A stretch of DNA of 64,000 nt from the NCBI RefSeq assembly GCF_964194155.1, contig NC_135897.1, positions 21,204,001 through 21,268,000 on the forward strand, in the 5' to 3' direction. Origin of the DNA: Cetorhinus maximus (lineage: Eukaryota). Positions 26,733 to 38,780 of this stretch are shown piece by piece; the stretch's first letter is position 1; each line of letters begins with the position of its first letter. The position numbers and the translations under genes are program-made. The notes under the pieces are model-generated. The model searched no databases and was not told the DNA's origin. It worked only from the letters and a program-made list of their open reading frames with translations.

Positions 26733-26761
26733 GAGTTAATGACTAACTTCAAATATTTACT
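26733..26761 (-). promoter_or_regulatory. Liver-type promoter module: overlapping FOXA(HNF3) sites + HNF1/HNF6 site; probable PROC proximal promoter
   Basis: Minus strand reads AGTAAATATTTGAAGTTAGTCATTAACTC. GTTAATGACTAAC (plus strand) is one mismatch from the HNF1 consensus GTTAATNATTAAC; spacing matches the human PROC promoter as recalled. Confidence 0.7.
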
Positions 26762-27074
26762 CAGAGCCCATGTACCAGAGCGAGTTGCGTCCATGGGTAA
26801 ATATCTGATAGCTGACAAATCCCCACAGCAGTTTGAACACATTTTGTTCAACCAGTATCTGGACTTCTTATTCTGAATTAACACAGTGAGCTGCTAGTGC
26901 AGCATAGTGTGGCTAAAGTGCTGGGAGAAACACTGTCTATACTTAAGAGTATTAACAGCAGCATTTTCTCACAGCAAGCACCTCAACCATGGACTTGTGT
27001 TCACTGTTTGCTCTGCAATTTCTGATTCCTGACACCCTTCCCCCCACCCACCAAGCCTCTACTTTTGCCTCACA

Positions 27075-27370
27075 CTGAATGAGTGTCAAGAGGAGATAGC
27101 AGAGGCATTATCCATAATAATTTTCCAAAAATCAATTGAAAAGAGAATTGAAAGGTGTTAAGTATCACATCTCTGTTCAAGGAAGAGGAAAGGGACAAGC
27201 CAGGAAGCTAAAGGTCACTTTAGTTTTACCTCAGTTGTGAATTCTGGACTGTGCACTATGGAAGGGGACACATTAGAAAGTTTAGATTAATCAGAGAGAT
27301 AGCATGGATTTGTAAATGGCAGGTCATGCTTGCTTGATTGAATTTTTTTGAGGTACTTGACATTTGTATA
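27075..27370 (+). mobile_element. Highly decayed CR1 RT fragment
   Basis: EEIAEAL..IFQ and QHGFV..RSCL-like remnants. Confidence 0.55.
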
Positions 27371-27854
27371 GATAAATGGAATACAGATTTATTGCCTTTA
27401 TTTGTTGGTCAGTTCTACTTTGGTTAAGACCGGTCTGAACCTCAAGTGCATGCAATTCCCTGGCGTAAACTCATTTGCAATATTGTTCACAAATTCAGAG
27501 GTAAAACTCAAGAGGTGGGTCTAGGGATGACACCATTGGGAGGAGAGATGAACTGCATGATTGTCAGATTTAAAGGGACGGGACAATTAAAGGAAGTGTT
27601 GCAATGGAGGAAGGAGAGAAAATAAAAATTCAGAACATTTCTGGAAATGTTGTAAAAGATATCTCAATCCATCACCAGAACAATAGATCATTAGTTGCTA
27701 CCCAGTGCTACAAGGCCACTTCAGGTTTGCTTGCAGTAAATGCATTTGACATTTGCCTCTCTGATTGCCTACATCCATGATAAGACAGGTCCCCATGGCT
27801 ATTTCCAGATAGGTTAGCCAGGGCCTGCACAAGTGGTTGGTGAAATCTCGACAA

Positions 27855-28135
27855 ATAGAAACATAGAAAATAGGAGCAGGAGTAGGCCATTTGGCCCTTC
27901 GAGCCTGCTCCGCAATTCATTATGATCATGGCTGATCATTCAACTCAATAGCCTGCTCCCGCTTTCTCTCCATATCATTTGATCCCTTTCGCCCCAAGAG
28001 CTATATCTAACTCATTCTTCAAAACATACAATGCTTTGGCCTCTACTACTTCCTGTGGAAGTAAATTCCACAGGCTCACCACTCGCTGGGTGAAGAAATT
28101 TCTCCTCATCTCAGTCCTTAACAGTCTACCTCATC
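27855..28135 (-). mobile_element. CR1/HER1 3' tail fragment
   Basis: ATAGGAGCAGGAGTAGGCCATTTGGCCCTTCGAGCCTGCTCCGC is the reverse complement of the CR1 3' end. Confidence 0.85.
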
Positions 28136-28137
28136 TT

Positions 28138-28540
28138 CCGACTAGGCACTTTACAGCCTTCCAGACTGAATATTGAGTTCAACAACTTTAGGTCATGAAT
28201 TCTCTCCTCCACCCCCACCCCCTTTCTGATCCCCCCTTTTCCAATAATTTATACAGATTTTTCTTTTCCCATCTACTTCCATTATTTTCAAATGTATTTT
28301 CATCCTGTTTTATCTCTACCTTTCAGCCTTTTTCGATCCCTTCACCCCACCCCACCCCAACTAAGGCTATCTGTCCCTTGCTCGTCCTGCTTTCTATCCT
28401 TAATGTCACCTATTAGCACATTTCTTAGCAAATGTCATCACCGTCAACACCTTTGCCCTTTTGTCTCTGACATCTTTTGGCAATCTCCATCTATCATTGG
28501 CCCTCTATCAAGCTCTATCTGTCCCCACCCCCCACAAACC
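28138..28540 (+). mobile_element. Penelope-like element 3' fragment (end of GIY-YIG ORF + C/T-rich UTR)
   Basis: LGTLQPSRLNIEFNNFRS* at 28142-28198. Confidence 0.7.
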
Positions 28541-28719
28541 CGCCACCCACTCATCCCCCACCCACTCATCCCCCACCCATTCCCCACACTGCCCCCCCCC
28601 CACCTCCCCCACTTCCCCACACCCCCCAGCCCTCGCTACGGCGTTTGGGGGATGTGGAGGCAAGGAGAGTGTGGCCAAACAGACAATGCTGGCTCCTGAT
28701 TACCCTTGAATGCTTTCTT

Positions 28720-28995
28720 TGGAGCAGTCTGCGGTCTCAAGTGGACTGAAAAGAACCCACGGCAATATGTCGAAGCACGGGGGAGTTCCGGGCAACATTT
28801 ATCCCTCAACCAGTGCGGCTAAAACAGTCTGATCATTATCTCATTTCTGTTTGTGGGACCTTGCTACGTGCAAATTAGCTGCTAAATCTTGTACATGGCA
28901 ACGGTGATTACATTTCAAAGTACTTCACCGGCTGTGAAGCGCTTTAGGACATCCTGGGATTATGAAAGGCACTTTACAAAATTCAAGTTTTCCTT
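28720..28995 (+). mobile_element. SacSINE1/DeuSINE-like SINE, 5'-truncated
   Basis: CAACATTTATCCCTCAACC..TGTTTGTGGGACCTTGCT..AAGCGCTTTAGGACATCCTG..GAAAGGCACT; same family as 37860, 45060, 61740. Confidence 0.7.
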
Positions 28996-29429
28996 TATTT
29001 CAGTAGCAGGCAATGCATGACATGCTGTGAGTGAGGTGCTTTAAGCAGGATGGGTAGGTAGGCATTTACATCTCACAATAACACCGTGGAGGGTGGTCTA
29101 CTGATACAGCTTCACCAGAGGGCTCTCTGAATACATGCAGGTACTGATTAGAAGGCATATTATACCATTCAGACTGCCTGAACTGTTGGCATTTCTCTGC
29201 AGCCCCTCTCCCTCTTCCCAACATGTCAGTTCAGAGGATTCCTTCTGGAAAACAGCCTGGTGCCAAGAAGAGAAGCTTGGAAGGGGAATAAAAAACAATG
29301 ATAATGAAGACAAAGATTTCTGAGAGAAAACAAGACCCTCCTGCCTGCCCGATGTCTATTTGTCAGGTTTCTACGAGCATGCTCATCGTGCCCAGGAAAA
29401 GCTGTGGCACCCCCCCACCTCTCCTAAAG

Positions 29430-30045
29430 CTGCCCAATGTACAGATGCACAATGTGTTTCAATAGCTGCATCCAATCGATACAGATGCTCTCTGCGGTCC
29501 TGCCATCTCCAGTCTTGAATGGATAATTAAGCAAGTAATAGGGGGAGGTTCCGTCAATATCCCCGTCTCAATGGTGATGGAGCCTGGCACACAAGTGCAA
29601 AAGTCAAGGTTTAGTGGCTGATCTATCTCAGTCTCCTCCAGAGATTCTCACCAACACAGTTGCCAGACATCAGCCAATTCAATTCACTCCATGTGACACC
29701 AAGAAACAGCTGAATGTACTGAACACAGCAAAGGCTATGGATCTTGATGACATTCTGGTTGTACCGGAACATCTAGTCTCTCTAGCAAAGCTGTTCCGGT
29801 ACAGCTAAACAATGGCATCTATCCAATAAAGTGCCCAAGTATGTCCTGTTCACAAAAAGCAGGACAAATCAACTTAGTAAATTACCACTCTACTCTCAAT
29901 CATCAGCAAAGTGATGGATGAATTGTTAACAAGAATTGTCAATAACATGCTCATTGTTGCAATCTTGGTTTCACCAGGGTGACCTGGCTCCAAACTATAC
30001 TATAGTCTTGGTGCAAACATGGACACAAGAACTGAATTCATGCAA
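29430..30045 (+). mobile_element. Old fragment of the tRNA-headed LINE family (RT N-terminal region)
   Basis: QPIQFTP, AKAMDLDDI, PVHKKQDKS, LVQTWTQELNS. Confidence 0.75.
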
Positions 30046-30052
30046 TTGGCCA

Positions 30053-30978
30053 TGTTACAAGACCCGACTTACCTTCCCATCAAGCGGGAGGTCGGGAACT
30101 CCAAGTCCCAACAAGCCTTGGGAATTTCCACGCACGTGTGGACCGGGAGTGGGCGGTGCATGTGCAATCTGGTGTTTTGTAGTTCTTTGGGCCAAGGGTG
30201 GGCCTAGTGCGCCTGTGTAAAAAGAAAAAAGTGCGAAAACTCCGATCATGTGACCGGGAGCAGAGCACCATAATCGAGAAAAGGCCAGATAGAGGTCAGG
30301 GAGGGGTCCCAGTTAAGAGAGGGAGGAGCAGAGAAAGAGGCTCGAAGCAGAATAAGTTCTGCAGTTGACAGACTTTAAGCGATGGGGGCTTGGGAGAAGC
30401 ATTGAAGATCTGAGAGGGCAGCAGAAGGTTGGTGACTCCGTGCTCCGTGTTGGGGCAATCGCATTCTTCTTGGCATAGCCAAAGAGCTGAAGCTGTGCTT
30501 GTGAGTTAGTGCTGGAGTGCTTACTGGGGAATCCAGGGGAAGTGTCTCGGAAAATGAGATTGAAACCCTATGAGGTGGGCCGTTGTTGAGGCACTCTGAG
30601 TTGGAGTGACTTTTGGAGAGAATTCCAAGGCAAGATCTTCAAAGGTGAAGACTGGATGGGTTGCTGAGAAATCCGTGGGATCTGTTTTGGTCGCATTTTG
30701 AATTTAGTGTGTAGTGTGGGTCGTTAGATCAGTCTGCCTGTTAATTCACACTTACCTACTTCATATTAACGCTGAATGTTAGAGTATAAGATAGATATTG
30801 TAAATTGTATCATCTTTCTGACCTTGCATAGTAAAGTTTGTTCAAAAACCTTGGAATCTTGTGGCTTTATTCTCTTAGCCAGTGTCTTGGATCTCAAACT
30901 TTGTCTGCTTTAAATAAAAAGTTACTGGTACCTAACCTGATCATACCAAAAACTTGGGGGCTCTGGTTCAGGATCATA
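30053..30978 (+). mobile_element. Probable solo LTR
   Basis: Starts TGTTACAA; AATAAA at ~30913; ends ..GGATCATA; GCCA on both flanks (possible 4-bp TSD); truncates the LINE fragment. Confidence 0.55.
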
Positions 30979-31694
30979 GCCAGGGTTCCCCATAATTGTG
31001 TGGGGAAATTCCATGTGGCGGCCTTTTTTTTTCTCAGGATGTGTGCATCACTAGCAAGGTCAACATTTATTTACCAAATGTAGTCGTCCTTGAGAAGGCA
31101 GTGGTAGGAATTATTCCCCCTAAGCTGTGCAGTTAAAGCCTCAGAGCAGTATATGGTCAGTGTATTTTGGGTTCAGTCGCTCTTACCAATACCCCATGGA
31201 TACCTAGATTATCTGTGATGCTGATGGCCAGAAATCAGGGTTGGGAGCATCCCTGCCTCTTAGTGATGTGGAATGCATGGGTGTGAAGGCCAGTGATATC
31301 TTTTAGTTTTTAAAAAAATCAACTTTGGACTAGCTTCACTTCAGAGTGAACAGCAGAACATAATCAGCTGGCTGCCCACGTGTGCTTATAAGTAGGAGGA
31401 GTGGATAGGGACTTCAGTACAAGTTTTGAAGTACAGTTTTTCTTCGCAGTCACCAAAGAAAATTTCATATGTTTTTTAAGTTTTGAAACATGTCATATTG
31501 AATTACTGTAATTTAGTTAACTCTGTTGGTTTGCATGCTCTTGTTTCTATTTAAACTTCCTCATGAATAAACTAGTTTCACAGATTCCAGTCACACAGTC
31601 TGCCAGCATTTTCTTTACTGTCAGTCAGAGAAATCAGCATGTGTGTAGTGGGATCCTGAACAATTTCCAGTATGTCGATGGCAAAAGCGACATT

Positions 31695-31880
31695 GGGTGA
31701 ATGAATGGCTAGATGGGTGATTGGGTGAGTAGATGGGCAAATGGGTAGGTGAGTGGATGGATTGTGTGTGTGAGAGTGTTTGGGTGAGTTGAGTGACTGG
31801 ATGGGTGAGTAACAGGGTAGCTGAGTGGATGGGTTGAGAGGGTGAATGGGGGTGCTGGATGGCTTGACTGAGTGGATACG
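31695..31880. repeat. Low-complexity GGGT/GAGT/GGAT repeat
   Basis: Runs of gggtgagtggat-like units. Confidence 0.8.
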
Positions 31881-32072
31881 CAGTGTTGGTCTGAAGATCC
31901 TGTCATGCAGACACATAAAATCTTTTGCCACAGTGAAACTCTGCATCAAGTGGCAAACAGACATTTAGATTTCTTTGTTAGTTTTCCAAACTAAGTGTGC
32001 CTAAGTGTAATACAAATAACAAGAGGAGGAGCATAAGGTAGAGGTTCACTTGTTGAAACACTTCAACTAAGA

Positions 32073-33492
32073 TCATAAGAAATAGGAACAGGAGTAGGCC
32101 TTTTGGCCCATCGAGCCTGCTCTGCCATTCAATAAGATCATGGCTGATCTGATTGTGGCCATAACTCCACTTTCTTGACTGTCTCCAATGAGAGGAAACA
32201 TTCCCCCGGAATTTTCCCTGTTAAGCCTCCTGAGAATTTCATATATTTCAATAAAATCACTAAAGGGGATAGACAAAGTAGACGTGGAGCGGATGTTTCC
32301 CCTTGTGGGGCATTCTAGAATGAGAGGCCATAGTTTTAGGCTAAGGTGTGGTAGATTTAAGTCAGAGATGAAGAGGAATTACTTTTCTCAAAGGGTCGTG
32401 AATCTGTGGAATTCACTACTTCAAGAGTGCAGTGGATGCCGGGACGCTGAATAAATTTGAGGAGATAGACAGGTTTTTAATTAGTAATGGGTTGAAAGGT
32501 TATGGGGAGAGGGTGGGAAATTGGAGTTAAGGCTGAAATGAGATCAGCCATGATCGTATTGAATGGCGGGGCAGGCTCGAGGGGCTGAATTGCCTACTCC
32601 TGCTCCTAATTCTTATGTTCTTAAAATCACCTCTCATTCTTCTAAAGTCCAATGAGTATTGGCCCAACCTGCTCAATCTTTTCTCAAAAGACAATCTTTT
32701 TATCCCAGGAATCAGCCTAGTGAACCTTCTCTGAACTGCTTCCAATGCAAGTATATCCCTACTTAAGTAAAGAGACCACAATAGTATTGTGGTCTCACCA
32801 ATGCGCTGCACAAGTGTAGCAAGACTTCCCTACTTTTATCCTACATCCCCCTTGCAATAAGAACCAACATTTCAAATGCCTTCCTAATTACTTGTTCTAC
32901 CTCCATGGTAATTTTTTTGTGATTCATGTACAAGGACACCCAACTCCCTCTGCACTGCAGCATTCTGCAGTCTCTCTCCATTTAAAAAATATTTGGCTTT
33001 TCTATCTTTCTTGACAAAATGGACAACCTCACAGTTTCCCACATTATACTCCATCTGCCAATTTTTTGCCCACTCACTTAACTTAACCTATTTATATACC
33101 TTTGAAGACTCTCTGTGTCCTCCTCACAGCGTGCTTTCCTATCTTTGTATTATCATCAAATTTGGCTACAATAGTCTATCCCTTCATCCAAGTCAATAAT
33201 AGATTGTAGTTGAGGCCCCAGTACTAATCCCTGTGACACTCCCTTACAGTTTGCCAAATGGAATGAAAAGGACCCAATTATCCTGACTGACTGTTTCCTG
33301 TTAGTTAGCCAAACCTCTATCAATGATAATATATTAACTCCAAAAGCATGAACTCTTATCTTGTGCAGTAATCTTTTTTGTGGCACCTTATTGATTGGCT
33401 TTTGGAAATCCAAATAAACTACATGTATGGTTTCCCTTTATCCACAGTGTTTGTCACATCCTCAAAGAACGCCAATAAATTTGCCAAACATG
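32073..33492 (-). mobile_element. CR1 3' portion with nested antisense CR1 (32261-32621)
   Basis: DFQKPINKVPQKRLL, EAVQRRFTRLIPG; tail at 32075. Confidence 0.85.
32261..32621 (+). mobile_element. Short CR1 3' insertion with 9-bp TSD
   Basis: TAAAATCAC at 32252-32260 and 32622-32630; FSQRVVNLWNSL; tail TCTTATGTTCT. Confidence 0.9.
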
Positions 33493-33549
33493 TCAAGAAC
33501 TAACACTGCCAGATAAATGAACACTTCCAACAAATTACAGAAATCTGAA

Positions 33550-33700
33550 CAACAGAAAACTGAGAAAAAAACATTTTACTGGAAGCTGGATTCAATCCCA
33601 TTGTATTTACAGGAAATATATACATCGATTGACAATTAATATGTACAAAAATACAGTCACAACCATATTTATATATAAATTAAGAATAAATACAACATGC
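33550..33700 (-). terminator. Candidate DGKD 3'-end region: three Pumilio elements, variant poly(A) signal AGTAAA (33575-33580), U/GU-rich downstream element
   Basis: Minus-strand TGTACATA (33640-33647), TGTATATA (33617-33624), TGTAAATA (33604-33611), then AGTAAA and TTTTCTGTTGTT. Confidence 0.5.
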
Positions 33701-33934
33701 AGACCTCATGGAGAGACAGAACCAAGAGAACCCAATCCATTGGGTGCTCTCTAAATAAAACAGTGTTCCAGAGAGTGAGGTAAATAACAAGGAATTCTGT
33801 CACTTGGCAAGTTAAGGCAGAGGTGCAGTGAAACCTGCATTTACCTGTGTCAAGCTTGGAGTCTCGGGCCAGCTCTTTTGCTGGCTAACCAAGACACAAA
33901 AACATCAACAGTCCTGAGGAACTGCCTTCAAATA

Positions 33935-34140
33935 GAGCAGTGGTTTCTCTGTGGGCAGTGAGCCGTGGTCTCCCTTTGAACAGAACTGAAATCTTCCTTT
34001 AAACAGAACTGAAATCTTCCTTTAAACTGAACCTCAATCTCCCACTGAGCAGAGCCACAGTCTCCTGTTAAATAGAGTTACGGACTCCTTTCAACAGAAA
34101 GCCACGGCCTCTCTCTGAATGGAGGTGCAGTCTCTATAGA
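33935..34140. repeat. Degenerate 23-bp tandem repeat
   Basis: AACAGAACTGAAATCTTCCTTTA twice exactly, with diverged neighbours. Confidence 0.6.
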
Positions 34141-36721
34141 TGTCAAATAGTTACTGTTGATTTAAGTATTAAAAGCTGTAAAAGCATTTTACATCCAACA
34201 GTTACTACTAGTAGGAAGCATAACTGCCCAGACTTCACTGCATCACAATGTAACTCTTAAAACAAGAGGGCTGTTAATTCAGCATCTCTTTCTCTCTGTT
34301 TAAGTACCATGTTTCTCCACTATCCCATTTGCTTCTCTCTCTATTAATGCAGTGTTGCTCTAATCAATCACTTATTTTCTTCTGTCTGGGACATAGATTT
34401 AGCTGGGTGGGAATCCTGCCTACCCCTGCAATTCTGTCCAAAATCCAAACCATTTCCTAGTTTGGCAGGTCATCTGATATGTATGACGGGCTTCTGATTG
34501 AATTCCTGCTGCAACAAAGATAAATGAAGCCAGAATGGAAGCAGAGGAGGCTGCCACCAGGCCTTCCCCTTGCTTTGGCGGACTTCAAGGCTGTTAGCAA
34601 TGATTCCCTGGTCCTACTACCACCATCTCATTTCAGTGGGGAATCACAGACATTCCATTTCAGTTAGGATCATGAATGAGAATTCAGCCCACCGTGTTTC
34701 CCTTAATGTGTCATCACCCTTCATTACTACTTTGCCTCTCCATTAATGCACCATGTCGCTTTCTCTGTTAAAACAGTCGCCCCATTAATCTACCATTTCA
34801 TTGCTAACACTATATCACTGTATTAACATAGTCTCTCTTTCCCCAACACTGTCTCTACTTCTTTAATGACTGTGATGTTTTTGTGTTTGCCGCAATGATT
34901 TGATTTTTCCCTTTGCCCAAATAATCAAAATCAATGTGAGAAATAGTATGACCCTTAACCATCCTTTACATGGCATTTTTTTTTTTACAAGAGGTGAATC
35001 AGGGTATAAAAACCACACTATTTGTACTAAACAGCAATCTGTATTGCCACACAAAAATTACCACCTCTGAATAAAAGTGATGAATTTACAGTGTGGAGCT
35101 GGAATGAGAGTGAAACCAACACATCTTAAACTCAACATCCTTACCCCGTTTATGTTTTGTTTTCAATTATGGCACCTCCATTTACAGCAACAGAGGTCAC
35201 TGATGTGGCAATTCAGTAGAAAATATTCAAGAGCAGCAGAATGAATGACTCAAACAAATTTCTGAAGGGAGAAGATGAACACATATGCACTGTACCATTA
35301 CTGGGGCACAGAGACACTGGCACAGTCAATGTTAGAAAAACATGGAAGTTAGCAGTAAGGAGAATTAGAGAAACTGTTCTATCCAAATAATAGGTCTGGG
35401 ACTCAAAAGGCAAATAGAGTCAACAGAGATATGTGTCTCCAAAGAGAGAAAAGGATTAAGTTACGTGGGCAAGGTGTATGGGTAAAATGGGATGATATGT
35501 TAGAGGTAGTAGGTGGGGTAGAGGTACATCATGAGACTGTGGGTAGTAAGGGGAGGGACGTGGTTAGAAATTAGGAAGATAGCAAAGGTTGATATGTTGA
35601 GAAGGTGATAGTGGGGTGGAGTGATAAGGCTAGATGATAGTATGTGGACTGATAGGTTAATAGATTGGTGGAGGGATATGCACATAGACTGTGTTAGAAC
35701 CAACAACTCCAAGTTATAGGAAACACAGTGAGATGACAGGGTTTGTCTACTGTGTCTTTGTTCTGATTGACAGATACTGTCTGAATCTGGGATAAATATA
35801 ACAAGATTTCCCTCCTTCTTCAGTTCAGTTCCTGCTGTTCTATCAGATGGGTGAGTTGCTGCAGAGAGACTGGACTCTGTCAATATATAGATTCTCAAAA
35901 GATTCTTGTTACTCTGTTTTATGAATAATTTAAAACATGTTTTTATTTAATTTGCAAATTTATACTTGCTTTTGTATAATTTATTTTTAAAAGTTGATGG
36001 ATAATAGTTCTTAGTCTGAGACACACGGCCTCCAACTGTGGGGTCTTCTGCTAGGCACCGAGATGTGAAGCACACATTGGGTAGGCTGTAATTGTGGCAG
36101 CAGAAACTACAACAGCAGAAGGATCCATGTGCCACTGTGTGGAAATGCTATCCCAACTATTAATACAGGTGGTCAAGTTTCAATCTATGGAATATGCCAG
36201 GTTCCCTATGAAAGCTAATTTTTGCTTTAATCACACCATCATATTAATAAAAGGCAGCCCAAATTGTGACATGGGCATTAGGCAAGGATAATATTGGGTT
36301 CAGCTATTATGTCCTATTGGTTGGTTACTCACATCGATTGTCTAGACTTGAACGGGTTGCGGGTAGCTGGGGTTACACTGCAAAAGACAGACTGACTGCG
36401 AAGCTTATAAGTGTACATTTCTGTTGTGAGAAGCTAAGGACATATGCTTGACCTGAATAGGAGTTCGCACTTAGGCAAAGTGGGCCTAAACTTGCAAGAT
36501 CAGGCAGGTAAGTGAGCATTATTTCTAACTGAATAAGTTTAGTAGAGTAGAGAGATAGGAGTTTATTAATGACAGTTTCTGGATCAAGGCTGGTGATGTG
36601 TGTGGGATGAATGATCTGGGATAATCCAGATATGAAAAGTATCTAAGAATAGTACATGAGAATCAAGTATTAAGGAGCCAAGTTGGTTAATCAGAGAAAT
36701 GATGAACTCAAGAGCAGCTGG

Positions 36722-37150
36722 CTACACTTGTATTTATATCGCATCGCCAGGGTGGAAAATATGTCCCAAGATGCTCGAAGAGGTGCATGGAAATGAAGAA
36801 ACAGCAATTTAAAGGAAAAGGTAATTAAGTAGGGACCAAAAGTTTCTTGGAGAAATCAGTATTAAGGAAGCTCTTACAGGAGATGAGGGAGTATATCTGG
36901 ACAGGGAACTCCAGTGACTACAACCTGGAAGCTGTAGGCATGGGCACCAGTGCTGCATGAATGGATGGAATGCACATGAGGCTAGAGTAATAGGAATGGT
37001 GAGTTTGGAAGTGGAGAAGGATACAGAAATAGGAATGGACAGAGTCATGGAAGGATTTAAAATACAAGGATCAGAATGAGTGGTTTGGAGATGCCCCAAC
37101 CAATAGAGTATATTAAATGAAGAGAGTACAGTATATCAGGGGTGCTGAGA
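36722..37150 (-). mobile_element. L2-type LINE 3' fragment
   Basis: CTTGTATTTATATCGC tail and GGGAACTCCAG..GCTG body similar to the other L2 remnants. Confidence 0.5.
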
Positions 37151-37502
37151 TGAGTTCTTTGCCAGCTCTCTTCTTCCAAGCTGAGGGATGTGCAAAACTG
37201 CAGAAAGATTAGACATTAAAAAAAATACTTGGCAAACAAATCTTGAAGGAAACGCATTGTGACCTAAAATCTTGAGGTCAACCTGTTTTCTTATAAATCA
37301 CAATAACTTCCAACACTGAACTGGCAAAGGTGTTGCAACCCTTAGGACAAGTTGTGTGTGAAGAGATGCCTCCAGAATCAAGGGCAACAGCCACCTCATG
37401 ATGAGGAATATTTCTGTGTGCTGTACGGAACAAAATCAGAATCCCTGAAGATTTTGGACACATTTTTTTGCTTGGTTCTTCACATGTCCCAAACATTGCA
37501 GC

Positions 37503-37856
37503 ACTACTCCCTCACATCCCAGAAACTCCAGGATTCATTCTCACAAATCCCAGATACTCCAGGATTCACTCTAACACATCCCAGAAAATCCAGGATTCAT
37601 TTTCTCACATGCCAGATACTCCAGGATGCACTATTGTATATCCAAAATACTCCAGGATTCATTCTCTCACATCCCAGATACTCCAGGATTCACTCTCTCA
37701 CATCCCAGAAACTCCAGGATGCACTCTCATACATCCCAAATACTCCAGGATTCACTCTCACATCCCAGACACTCCAGGATTCACTCTCTCACATCCCAGA
37801 TACTCCTGGGTGCACTCTCGTACATCCCAAATATTCCAGAATTCAGTCTCGCATCC
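37503..37856. repeat. 31-bp minisatellite, ~11 copies
   Basis: Unit TACTCCAGGATTCACTCTCTCACATCCCAGA (starts 37555, 37617, 37648, 37679...). Confidence 0.95.
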
Positions 37857-38525
37857 TGTGGCTGTCAGCTGTGGCTCAGTAAGTAGCATTCTGGCAGTAC
37901 TGAAGGAATGCTACACTGTCAGACGTGCTGGCTTTCGGATGAGATGTTAAACCAGTCTGTCCTCTCAGGAGGACGTGAAAGGTCCCATAGGACTATTTGA
38001 AGAAGAACAGGAGAGCTCCTTCCAGTGTCCTGGACAACATGTATCCCTTAACCAACAATGCTAAAAACAGACTGACTGGTGAATATCACAATGTTTTTTT
38101 GTGGGGAGCTTTCTGTGTGCATTTCTTATGTTATACAGTGACTACACTTCAAAAGAACCTCACTGGCTTTAAGAACATAGGACTTAGGAGCAGGAGTAGG
38201 CTATTCAGCCCTTCGAGCCTGCTCCGCCATTCAATAAGATCATGGCTGATCTGGTTGTGGTCTCAACTGCACTTTGCCGTCTCCCCCCCTTAACCCTTGA
38301 CTCCCCTCTATCTATCAAAAAAATCTGTATACTGCCTGAGTAAATTCAATGACCCAGTCTCCATTACTTTCTGGGAAGAAAACTCCACATAGTTACAAGC
38401 CTTTGAGAGAAAAAGTTTCTCCTCATCTCTGTCTTAAATGGTAGACCTTTTATTTTAAGAGGTCTAATGGGATTTGGGATATCCTGAGATCATAAAAAAT
38501 GCTAGACTAAAGCAAGTCTTTCTTT
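37857..38525 (+). mobile_element. SacSINE1/DeuSINE-like SINE interrupted by a minus-strand CR1 tail (~38171-38460)
   Basis: GTGGCTCAGT head, CTTTCGGATGAGATGTTAAACC core, GTGACTACACTTCAAAAG; tail resumes ~38470. Confidence 0.75.
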
Positions 38526-38527
38526 TT

Positions 38528-38780
38528 TAGGACTCACAAACACACATCCCAAAGACTCCAGGACTGACTGTCACACATCCCAGGCACTCCAGGATTGACT
38601 CTCTCACATTCTATAAATTCCCAAGACTGACTCTCACACATACAGACTTCCCCAAGACTGACTCTTACAGACTCTCCAAGACTGACTCTCACACATACAA
38701 ACTCTCTAAGACTGACTCTCGCAAATCCTAAAGGCTCCTGGGCTGATTCTCATATATCTTTGATACTCCAGGACTGTATC
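38528..38780. repeat. Continuation of the 31-bp minisatellite family (more diverged)
   Basis: ACTCCAGGACTGACTCTCACACATCCC-like units. Confidence 0.8.

Noticed and set aside
26549-26884. 111-aa ORF over the promoter module
   Set aside because: No recognisable domain or exon structure; likely a chance ORF.
28477-28749. Proline-rich ORFs
   Set aside because: C-rich low-complexity tract at the end of a Penelope fragment.
37352-37950. Long ORFs of 160-176 aa
   Set aside because: Translations of the 31-bp minisatellite.
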